Of a DNA stretch of 64,000 nt, positions 32,561 through 43,565 are shown one piece after another. Each line of letters opens with the position of its first letter. Positions within the stretch are counted from its first letter, which is position 1. Below the pieces are notes generated by a model that ran no database searches, was not told the DNA's origin, and saw nothing but the letters and a program-made list of their open reading frames with translations. The stretch lies in NCBI RefSeq assembly GCF_009914755.1, contig NC_060929.1; one strand, 5' to 3'. Both the position numbers and the translations under genes were made by a program. This DNA comes from the human T2T-CHM13v2.0 reference genome, Homo sapiens.

Positions 32561-33444
32561 TACATATGTATTGCACATAAATGTTATATACATAATTTAG
32601 TATATAATATATTCAATATAATATATAATAAATTACATATAATTAGCATATATGTCATGTTTCAATGGTTTGATATATTTGTTTGAATGTTATATATATG
32701 TCCATAATTTTATATTACGTGCAAAATTTTCTACCAAGTACACTTACAATGAGCAGCATAAAAACTGACATCACAGCAGAATAACAAGTTAATAGAAAAC
32801 AACAACAAAAAAGAGTTGCCTCGAGGAAGTAAGAAAATACTTCAAACAAGAAGAGGACCTGAGAGTGGACCAAATGCTTACATATTGCTGTCAAACGCAA
32901 TCTAAGTCTTCTTAGCTGTAACTGGGTATTCATTTTTAAGTTCCTGCTGTGTGTAAGATGTTACACTGAATTCTTGTATTAACCTACAACACAGGCTTAG
33001 TTGCTAACCATACCTGATAAACATGATCTGACATCCAGGACCTAACCCTGACAAGATTTGATTTATAGCAGCTGTCTTTGTTACCTGATGAGCATCAGTT
33101 TTGCCCAGACTAGGACAACTTAGACAGCCTGGTCAGCAAAAGTTTCAACATGCTCTTTTTTTCTTTTTTATATTCTTTTCATTTTCTTTCATTATTAAAA
33201 TATGAATAAAATTAATATGTGAATACTTGTAAGCAATTATAAGAAAATTGTATCCTGTTTCGGTCTTTTTAAATATAGGATTTTTAGTTATTTCTTGCAA
33301 TTGAGAGTATGTATTTTGTTTTATGTTGTCTTTAATTTTTATTTCCTTGAGATAATTTTTGTCTTTGTACAAAAAAAACTATAGTTTGATACTCATTATT
33401 TATTTTTTACATATATTCCAGTGTCTGATACTAATAAATTTGCT

Positions 33445-33592
33445 GATATATATACATATATATGTGTGTGTGGATATATGTATGTATGTGTGTGGATATG
33501 TGTGTGTCTGGATATATGTATGTATGTGTGTGGATATGTTTGTGTTGTGCACACACACACACACAGACACATATCCACACATGTACATACAT
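33445..33592. repeat. Compound (TA/TG/TATG)n then (CA)n microsatellite with fold-back symmetry
   Basis: Alternating purine-pyrimidine tract that switches from TG to CA at 33549/33550. Confidence 0.9.
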
Positions 33593-33689
33593 GTCACATT
33601 CATCTAATTTGTGTTAGTCAGATTTCATACAAGGATACTAGGATGCAAGATTGTAAAGACAGTTTGCAACTATTTAATTTAAAAGGTCT

Positions 33690-34555
33690 TATGATTAAGA
33701 TCTTGAAAGCACAGGTAACAAAAGCAAAAATACACAGATGTGATTATATCAAACTACAGAGCTTCTGCACAACAAAGAAAAGAAACAACAGCAACAGAGT
33801 GAAAAGAAATTTTGCAAAACGGGGAAAATGTTTGCTAACTATTCATTTGGCAGAGACTATATCCATAGTATACAGGGAACTCTAACGTCTTAACAGTAAA
33901 AAAAAAAAAAATCGAATTAAAAATCGCCAAATGATCTCAACAGACGTTTCTCAAAAGAGGACTTACAAATGGCCCAACAAGTGTCTAAAAAATGCTCAAC
34001 ATCGCTATTCATCAGGGAAATGCAAATTAAAGTCACAATGAGGTATCATCTCATTTTAGTTAGGATAGTTATTATCAAAAAGCCAAAAAATTACAGATGC
34101 TGGCAAGGTTGCAAAGAAAAGAGAACTTTTCTGTACTAGATTTGTGTATGTCTTTTAAACAGTTCTAGTTTCACTTAACACAGAATAATCAGGAAAAGTG
34201 TAAAAATTCAAAAGTTAAATAAAAATTTTATCAGTTAGTTGCCTGTGGGGGAAACCATGTAAGCTAGTACAGCCACAGTGGAGAAAAATATAGAGGTTCC
34301 TAAAAAAAAAAATAGAACTACCATATGATACAGCAATCCCACTACTGACATTTATCCAAAAGAAAGGAGCTCATGATATTAATACAGCCACAGTGGAGAA
34401 AAATATAGAGGTTCCTTAAAAAAAAAAATAGAACTACCATATGATACAGCAATCCCACTACTGACATTTATCCAAAAGAAAGGAGCTCATTATATTAAAG
34501 AGACATCTGCACCCCTATATTTATTGCAGCACAATTCCAATAGCCAAAGTATGGT
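33690..34555 (+). mobile_element. L1MA-type ORF2 3' fragment with an internal insertion and a tandem duplication
   Basis: aaagcacaggtaacaaaagcaaaaata...cagggaaatgcaaattaaag...atagaactaccatatgatacagcaatcccactactg. Confidence 0.88.
34268..34498 (+). repeat. Near-perfect 115/116-bp tandem duplication
   Basis: Units 34268-34382 and 34383-34498 differ by one extra T and one G/T substitution. Confidence 0.95.
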
Positions 34556-35314
34556 TCCTTACCTAATGCTGTTTATATACGTTTTTACAGTTTGTCTTTC
34601 AAAAATGTCTGCAAACAAATGAGTTATAAAAACCTGACAACAACCATATTAAGTCTGTTGAAAAACTTGGGAATCACAAGCCTATTTCTACATGAGTTTT
34701 TTGGAATCCTCTTAGCTCAAGTTCTGGTTTTCTCTCATTATCAATAGTTGACAAGCTTTGTATACATTAATGAAGGCATTTTGTTAAATAACTCATTTTA
34801 AAGGCAAAATTCAACTCCTTCTATGGACAATTTAATTTCTTCTATTATCACATCATTTGGGGAAACAGTTTAAAATCCTTATTAAATCTTTTCTCATCTA
34901 GATTACATTTAATTATGTTTATACACCTACACAACCTTTGTTGCATCATATAGTGATGATACTGGAAGAATTTCCAGTAATACGATAGGCCAATTTTAAT
35001 TATTTTCCTTCTGCTCTCCTAGATTTAGACTGAGCTTCTCACAATAGCCATGAAAAAATATTTCTTACATTTGATATTTTATCCTTACTCATTTAGGACA
35101 TTCTCCAAAATAATCCTGCTTCCTCTAATCACAATGGTAATACTTTCTCTTACAGCTTGCCTCAAAAGTTTTACTTCTTCATACCAAAGTTACAGAGTTA
35201 CACCAGCATCAAATTCTCCCCATTTTCCCCAAATTACCTCCAACTTTTTATTTTAAAATCAATATTAATTTTATTAAAGTTAGAAGATTAAAAAAAAGAT
35301 ATCTTCACTTTTTC

Positions 35315-35626
35315 TTTTTCTTTTCTTTTTTTTTTTTTTTTGTGTGTGTGTGAGACGGAGTCTCGCTCTGTTGTCCAGGCTAGGGTGCAATGGTGCAATC
35401 TCACCGCAACCTCCACCTCCGGGTTCAAGCGAATCTCCTGCCTTAGCCTCCTGAGTAGCTGGGATTACAGGCATGTGCCTCCATGGCCAGCTAATTTTTT
35501 TATTTTCAGTAGGGACGGGGTTTCTCCATTTTGGTCAGGCTGGTCTCGAACTCCCACTCTCAGATGACCTGCCTGCCTAGGCCTCCCAAAGTGCTGGGAT
35601 TACAGGTGTGAGCCACTGCGCCGGCC
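35315..35626 (-). mobile_element. AluSp-like
   Basis: ctcaccgcaacc and gtttctccattttggtcaggc diagnostics; perfect 15-bp TSD tatcttcactttttc (35300-35314 / 35627-35641). Confidence 0.95.
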
Positions 35627-36424
35627 TATCTTCACTTTTTCATAGCCATTTCTGTTAAATATTTTCTTAGACACTATGATTCATAGTTCTAAATAGCAAT
35701 TTCATCCCTGACAAATTTTAGTGTGAAGAGTTGAATTGCTAAAATAGATGACACAAATCATGGATATTAGTCGACCTCAAATTTTGCTGATATTTAATAT
35801 AGTGGAAAATGCAAAGCATAGATAAAATATTGTTTTCCTTGAGAAGTTTGAAAACTGTAACACTCAAAAGTTTTCCTTTTCTTATCTGCACCGGGAAACA
35901 TTTTGGTTCCACAATAACAATAATGTATGTGGAAGCATTGATCACAAAGGAAATCTTTTCAGCCATGGGACATCTATGTTTCAAACTCCTTAAATCACAT
36001 AGTTTATCAGATTGTCACCCATTTTGTAGCCAACCAATCCCATAAATTCACAAATGCCAAGCCTATAAAATCGGGGGATCAGCTATGTCCTGGTATAGTC
36101 ATTTTATAGATCGACACTACCTTTTCCACTCTTAAAAAGCTACTGGCATATTTTTCAGCATGGACTTGCAGGTCTGAGGCAAATAATTAGGAAGAGTCAC
36201 TTGAAGATCCTCTCCAGGTCATTTTTCACACCCTGACCTCCCTGGCAGGGAGGGGATAGTTTCGAACCTGTTGTTTCATCCTTTCCTCCACAGACCATTT
36301 ATTTCTTAGTGACATGGAATTTAGAAAATATGTTTCAATATTCTAACCATTGATATAAAGGTAATCTAGTTCTTGATCTCTAATTAGTCAATTGCCAGAC
36401 ATGAACTTATGCTTGAGAGGAAAT

Positions 36425-36685
36425 ATTATGTACTCATAAAGATCATGAGCTCTGCGGTCATACACAAAGTCAGGATTTGAATCCTGACTTTGACACTAAC
36501 TACTTCTAACTACTTGGAGGACCTTGGATGAGTTTCTTAATTCCCCTAATTTTAGTTCCTTCATTTGTCATCTGGGAATATTAATACTACCTAATTCATA
36601 AGGTCAATGAGCACTAAATGAGTCAATGCAAATAAAGCCCTTAGAAGATGTATGACTAATTTTAACTTATCCATAAATGTTAGCA
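36425..36685 (+). mobile_element. MIR, near full length
   Basis: B-box-like ggatttgaatcctgactttg, core accttggatgagtttcttaa...cttcatttgtcatctggg, tail aaagcccttagaa...ataaatgttagc. Confidence 0.85.
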
Positions 36686-38557
36686 CTCACTAACCAGTAT
36701 CCACCAATGAACTTGATCTCTTTGTATTCCAATTTAAATAGTTTCACCCTTTTCTTGGACCCTTTCTACTTTCAAGCCCTCTGCTTGTTCTCAGCCTGTG
36801 CCTTGGTTACTATTATAATATGCCCTACTTTTCTTGCCATGTTTCCATTTCTTCTTAGATCTATAGGTTCATCCCTAATTTCGTATCTTTTTAGTAACAA
36901 ACAAACCCTGTAATGACATCATCAAACCAAAACCTTAAGCTAAAATTGAAGCATCAGGTTTGATTTAGTCATTGGATAAAATTCTATGCTAGAAAATCTC
37001 TGCATCCTTAACAATGGATTGATATTTTTCCTTACATTGCTGAGGAAAAATAGCTAGCGATGCAGTTTTACATTTAGCAATCAGACTCTTTTCAACTTAC
37101 ATATTCATTTTGGATGATTGCCAATCTGGGTTGCAGATAGGCACTATAATAATTCACTTTGGTTCTTATTCAGCTGTGTTTGCTCAGGCAAAATTTCTGC
37201 CTGAAGTTTCATTGACTCTAAGGTCAATAAAATCTTTGCATATATAAATCCTGATGAGTCAGATCTTGAATAAGTATCTCGCAGTTTCTCTCAGTGTGAT
37301 TCCTACTATTGAATAACCAAATGGTATTTTATAAAAGATTTCAATTGACTGCTCGAAGACAAGAGTTATCTATTAAGTAGAGCCCTTGAAATTAAATAAA
37401 AGATAAACATATCATTTCAAATCATTTTCTTCAAGATTGACTGATTAATAACAGTGGAAAAATTTAGTTAAGAAAGATGTATATGTGTATGCTGCAAATA
37501 TTTTGCATTTTAAACTTCTTACATGTGTAATGTGATAAGTCCTCATTCTTGTGTCTACTCTGAATGAATAGGAGTAAATTAGATCGCTTATTTGTGGTCT
37601 TTTAAAAAAGATAATGTAAAATACTATTGACTTAAAATGTGCTATAAAATGTTTGCTACATACCTTCATGTTCTATTGTAAGTGTAGAAAGATGAGACAA
37701 GGTGTGGTCTCATGAAGAGGGTAATTGGAGTATTTTTTTGTAACCTCCATGATAGAAAATGTTAGGCCTTATCTAGCAAGTCAATGCTCTCAATATACCC
37801 CAATTTTAACAAACTCAGAGAAGTAACTCAAAATACCCTGATGCACTAAATTAGAGTATCAAAAAGTGAACCTGAAATAGAGCAAAATATTTATATTTAC
37901 AATCCACAAAATGAAGTTAAGAGAAACCAGATCTTGAAAGTTTATAGTAGCAATGAAAAAGTTTTATAGAAAGCAGTTAGTCTAGGCAAAGAAAGATGAA
38001 TATTATTGAGGGATGCAGTGGGACACTTTGCATTTTCTGGGATATGTCCTAAACATTTCACCAATCACCAATTTATCAATGAGGAACAGGAAAGAATTGA
38101 TGTTATACTAAAATATTATCTGAGGAGAATATAATTACACGGTCTATTTGCAAAGGTGGGGATGGTGCATAAGAGACGGTTCTGTAAGATCTTTCTGCAA
38201 AACCTAACACCCCAAGACTTTGTAGCTTAAACCAGTAGCCATTTATATAGTTCAGAATTCTACAGTTTGGTAGTTTGGGGTAGACTCAGCTGAACGGTTC
38301 TGATTTTGACTAGTCTCACTCATGCATCTGTAGTCACTTTCCAGGGCTGGCAGATGACCAGCCAGTCAAGGATGCCTCAGCAGGACTCAACTCTGCTCTA
38401 CTTGATCTCTCATCGACTAGTACGAAAGCCTGAGTAAGTTCTTATGGTAATTGGACAGGCCTTCAAAGACAGACAGCAGAAACATTCAAGGTGTTTTGAG
38501 AAATAAATTTAGAATCAGCCCTTTGTTACCTCTGCTGCATTCAGCCAACCCATTTCT

Positions 38558-39093
38558 TTCTGTGTTTTTTTTTTTTTTTTTTTAGGTCTGGATCACTACC
38601 CCTCATTCTCAGATTTGCGCCCCTCCACAAGAAACCAGACCAAACTGAATGGTGTCTTTTATTTATTTATTAGGAAAAATAAGATAATTTATTTTTTATT
38701 TTTATTTTTTTGTTAGCATAATAGTTTTTAAAGTTTTTTTCATAAGTTCTTGGGGTACAGGTGGTATTTGGTTACACGAGTAGGTTCTTTAGTGGTGATT
38801 TGTGAGATCCTGATGCACCCATCACCTGAGCAGTATATACTGAACCGTATTTGTTGTCTTTTATCCCTCACCCCCCTCCTGCTCTTCCCCGCAAGTCCCC
38901 AAAGTCCATTGTATCATTCTTATGCCTTTGTGTCCTCATAGCTTAGCTCCGACATACCAGTGAGAACATACGATGTTTGGTTTTTCCATTCCTGAGTTAC
39001 TTCACTTAGAATAATGGTCTCCAATCTCATCAGCCAACAAACATATGAAAAAATGCTCAACATCACTAATGATCAGGGAAATGCAAATTAAAA
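38558..39093 (-). mobile_element. L1PB1 3' fragment with 5' inversion and extra downstream sequence plus a second poly(A)
   Basis: L1PB1 3'UTR antisense at ~38735-39030; inverted piece 39032-39093; TSD caacccatttct (38546-38557) / caactcatttct (39094-39105). Confidence 0.85.
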
Positions 39094-39183
39094 CAACTCA
39101 TTTCTCAGGAAAGGTGATGATATATTCCTTTGCTTGATGGGAATAGGTGAAATGTCACATGGAAAATAGCATGGAACAAAGGA

Positions 39184-39477
39184 TCTTTAGGGCAGTCAGA
39201 CTACTCTCTACGCTACTATAATGATGGATACATGTCATTATACATTTGCAAAATCAGTAAAAAGTACAACATTAAGAGTGAGCCTTATGTAAATTATGAA
39301 CTTTGGTGATAACATTGTGCTAATGTTGGCTCATTGATTATAACAAATGTAACACTTTGATGTGGGAGGTTGATGTTGGGGGAGACTGTATGTGTGTGTT
39401 AGGGGGAATTATGTGCTTTCTGCTCAATATTGCTGTGAACTTAAAATTGTTCTGAAAAATAAAGTCTATGTTAAACA
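39184..39477 (+). mobile_element. L1MC1-like 3' end
   Basis: tttagggcagt...gatggatacatgtcattatacatttg...ctgtgaacttaaaattgttctgaaaaataaagtcta. Confidence 0.8.
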
Positions 39478-40205
39478 AATGGATGCTTTGGGGAATCAGT
39501 GTTATAATAAAGTTTGCAATCTACCATAGAGACTTCCAAGGGAAATATTCTGTCACACTAGATCAATGCACATTTTCTAGAACTTTGTATTAATGGAATA
39601 AAGCAATATGCAATATTTTTTGTCTGATTTTCTTTCACATAGCATAGTTATTTTGAGATTTAGCTCATTCCTGAATAGTATTCCATTGTATGAAAATGTC
39701 ACTACTTAGTTAACTATTTACCTGTAGATGAATATTCATGTTGCCTGTAGCTATTGGTTAATACACATAATACTCATAACATTTGTGTTGTGTTTTATTT
39801 CTCTGTAGTAGTAAGAGGTGAAATGGCTATATCATATGTTACATGCATATTCACATTCTTAAGAATGCAAATATTTTTTCTTTAAATTGATTATGTCATT
39901 TTATACGTTTCTTAGCAGTGTGTAAGAGTTGCAGTTGTTCCACAAATTGGCCAGCACTAGGTATAGTCAGTCATTTCAGTTTAGCCATTCATATGTGTGT
40001 ATACTGGCATCTCATTTTGGTTTTTATTTGCATTTACCTAATGACTTATAATGTTGAATACTTTTCTGCACTTGCGTTTGCTACTTGCGTTGGTGAAGTG
40101 TACTATTTTTTCAAATCTTTAACCATGAGAGGTATATTTGTTTTCTGAGTTTTTAGAGTGTGTTATTTATATCTATTCTAGATATAAATCTTTTACCAGA
40201 TTTCT

Positions 40206-41917
40206 TTTCACTACGAATTTCTTGTATTTGGTATGCATCCACATTTTAGCATTTAGTTGTCCTGACCAGAAAGTGGAAAAATGCAGCAATTTCCCAGGAA
40301 GTCAAGCCCACCAATTTCAGAGGCTGTTAACACAAAGTTATTTCTCAATCCCTGCAGAGGATGGTGAGAAGAACCAAAACCAAAGTGTGTCCAAATACAA
40401 GGGTTTATTGTTCCAGTTGTCAGGCTCAAAATTAGATGCAATGGATTGCAAGGATGACCAAATGAGAATCCTGTTTAAAACTTCTTCAATTTTTAAGGGC
40501 AAAAGCAATTACAGAAAAAGAAAACAAATCAGAGGGATCATGTGTGCTTACAAGTATTTTATGAGACCTTTCTCCAAGTTTAACCACCAAAGACTCTGAG
40601 ACCTGTCAGGACTGACTAATCCTGGTCACTGTTCTTCTCAACTTATCAAAACTTGAGCTAAGAAAACCACATCAACTGATGATGACAGCAGAGGGTGGCA
40701 GGGCTGAGGACACAATACTTATTTTCCAGTCTTGTGGAAAGTGAATAAATGTGACTTTAAAACTAAATGAAGGAGATCGGAGACTCTTTCCAACCTTATC
40801 TGATGGCTTCTGGCAATAGTAAGGAAGTGTCATGGAAGATGTTGGGTGGTGACAGTGAAAAAAGGGACTTGAGGAGGAGAGAGGAAAAATGAAGCATCCC
40901 TCAATAAAGGTGGAGGAGAGAATATATGGGGAAATCCCTGAATTCCTCACCAAAGTCCAATCTCTCAGGGTTGCAGAGGTGTTACAGTCTGTGCTTTCTC
41001 TAAGGACAGGGGTGGAGGAGTAGAGGAACAGGATGATGTCTTAGAAGCGGGGGATCACTTCAGACTTAAAGAAAGAAATCAGAGGTGCAGGCAAAATACC
41101 CCACAGAACCAGGAGTAGTGCCACAGGTTGCAACCAACTGGAAACCTTCACATCTGGTCTAACAAGACCCTCAAGCTGACAGCTATTACTAGGAAGATGG
41201 GAGAAGGGGTGAGAGAAGAGGGGAAAAGAAAAGACCCAAGACATGGAATCAGCAGCAAGGCGATTGTGTGATGTGTCTTTTCACAGCTGAGTTAGATGTT
41301 CCCCACCAGTTACTATGGGAATTAATTTAAATATACTTTCTCACTCCCAGAAGTTTAACTATGTGGACAGTGGTTACACTTCATAGGATGATATGTTATA
41401 GCACAACTTATATCCTTTGAGTGGACAAAAAATATATCATTTACAGTATCTTAAAATAAATTGCCTTTGAATGAGAGGTTCCTTTCTAGTATTTTGTGGT
41501 CTGCAAGATGTATCTGGAAAATTTACTGCTGTGGAAAATGAAGATTGTTTTAATAAAATGGGGTAGAAAGAGAAGTGCCTTTCAACACTTCTCTTGTTAT
41601 AAAGAAGAAGTGTTTTTCTTTTTGATTGTTCTTCAGGCAGCTGAAGAAGCTTTATATTTTATTTAGACATCATTAGGTGCCAAAGTTGTTGCAGAACAAC
41701 TTAGAAGCTATATAAATTCTACTTTTTTGCTAGCACTGATAGAGCTTTTGGATCCACCACTACATTAGAACTATTAACTCCGTTTATATTAATTTTTGTT
41801 ATAAATCTTAAAAGGGGTGACATTTCTCGGTATTTAGGTCCACATTCTAGATTAAAGCCATACATTTAGTTTTCATAAATTGTCTGAGCCCATGGTGGCT
41901 GCCATCTTGTGCCACTT
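40206..41917 (-). pseudogene. UBE2V1: Processed pseudogene of UBE2V1 (ubiquitin-conjugating enzyme E2 variant 1), lacking exon 2, with long 3'UTR
   Basis: From ATG 41905 the minus strand reads MAATMGS, then [82 protein letters not shown]. This aligns to UBE2V1 MAATTGS...[86 protein letters not shown]. Intronless, four in-frame stops, UBE2V1-like 3'UTR follows, degenerate TSD tcttttaccagatttct / tcctttatcatactttt. The symbol names the parent gene; the pseudogene number is unknown. Confidence 0.93.
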
Positions 41918-43511
41918 CCTTTATCATACTTTTGATTTGAAAACATTTTCTCTCAGTTTGTGGCTTGTATTTTCATTCTACTAATATTGTTCATCTTAGG
42001 CATGGTAGGATAAGAAAAAAATATTGTTCTTCAAACAGCTACAGTTATTAACTTTGATGAATTCTAATTTATGATTTTATAATGGAGACAAAATTTTCTT
42101 TGGTATTTTAATTTTGATTTTGTATTTATTAAATCTTTGCTTCAATACAATGCCAGAAAAACTTATCTTACATTTTCTTCTAGAAGAGTTATGATTTTAC
42201 CTTTTATATTTAGGTCTGTGATATATTTTGAGGTTCTTTATTTTGATGCTGCAAGGTTTGCCTAAAAATTGTCTTTAATATGAATATGCAGTTGTTGCAA
42301 CTTCATTCGAAGATCTCTTCTCGCTGAATTCCCTTTGCACTTTTGGGTACATCTATTTTGACATAAGTGTTCTATCTATACATCTAGTGTCTATTCTTCT
42401 GCCGAGACCATACAATATTGATTACTGTAACTATACAATGTCAGCCTAGATAGTATAAGTTCTCTGTATTACTCTGTTCTCACACTGCTATAAAGAACTG
42501 CACAAGACTGTTTATAAAGAAAATTTATAAAGAAAAGAGGTTTAATTGACTTATAGTTTCATATGGCTGGGGAGGCCTCACGAAACATACAATCACTGTG
42601 GAAGGGGAAGTAGGCACATCTTACATGGCGAAAGGTGGGAGAGAGAGTGTGTGTAGGAAGCAAGTGGGGAAAAGCCCCTTATAAAACCATCAGATCTCTT
42701 AGAACTCATTCACTATCATGAGGACGGCATGGGGGAGACCACCACTCTAATTCAATCGCCTACCTCCATTGACATGTGGGGATTACACTTTGAGATGAAG
42801 TTTGGTTGGGGACACAAAGCCAAACCATATCATTCCATCCCTGGCTCCTCCCAAATCTCATGTCCTTTTCACATTTTAAAACCTATCATGCCTTCTCAAC
42901 AGTACCAAAGTCTTAACTTATTCCAGTATTAACCCAAAAGTCCAAGTCCAAAGTCTGATCTGAGAGAAGGCCCTTCTGCCTATCAGTCTGTAAAATCAAA
43001 AGCAAGTTAGTTACTTTTCAAGATGCAATGAGGGTATAGGTAGTAGGTAAATTTTCCCATTCTAAATTGGGAGAAATTGGCCAAAACAAAGGGGCTACAG
43101 GCTCCATGCAAGTCCAAAATCCAGCAGAGCAGTCATTAAATCTTGAAGCTCCAAAATGGTCTCCTTTGACACCATGACTCACACCCAGAGCACGCTGATG
43201 CACAAGGTGGGATTCCAGAGCCGTGGACAGCTCTGCCCCTGTGGATTTGCAGGGTTCATCCCCCACAGCTGCTTTTATGGGTTGCCATTGAGTGTTTGTG
43301 GCTTCTCCAGGCACCCAGTACAAGATGTTGGTGGATCTATCATTCTGGGGTCTGGAGGATGGTAGCCCTCTTCTCATACCTCCTCTAGGCAGTGCCCTAG
43401 TGCAGACATTTTGTGGGGGCTCCAACCCCACATTTCCTTTCTTCACTGCCCTACCAGATGGTCTTCATGAGGGTTCAGCCCTTGCAGCAGACTTCTGCCT
43501 GCACATCTAGA

Positions 43512-43565
43512 CATACATCCTCTGAAATCCATACATCCTCTGAAATCCATACATCCTCTGAAATC
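43512..43565 (+). repeat. 18-bp unit x3 perfect tandem repeat (catacatcctctgaaatc)
   Basis: Three identical copies at 43512, 43530 and 43548. Confidence 0.95.

Larger units (their letters stand above)
38183..39528 (-). mobile_element. MLT1G/H-like LTR split by two nested L1 insertions
   Basis: Pieces at 38183-38557, 39094-39183 and 39478-39528; ends tttgcaatctaccata, the reverse complement of an MLT1H-type start. Confidence 0.65.

Noticed and set aside
32720-33149. Possible old LTR on the minus strand
   Set aside because: TG/CA-like ends but no TSD and no family I can name; insufficient support.
33421-33885. 154-aa ORF
   Set aside because: Translation of a TG/CA microsatellite running into an L1 ORF2 fragment.
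40138-40599. 153-aa ORF as a novel protein
   Set aside because: It spans an L1M remnant and the antisense strand of the UBE2V1 pseudogene 3'UTR.
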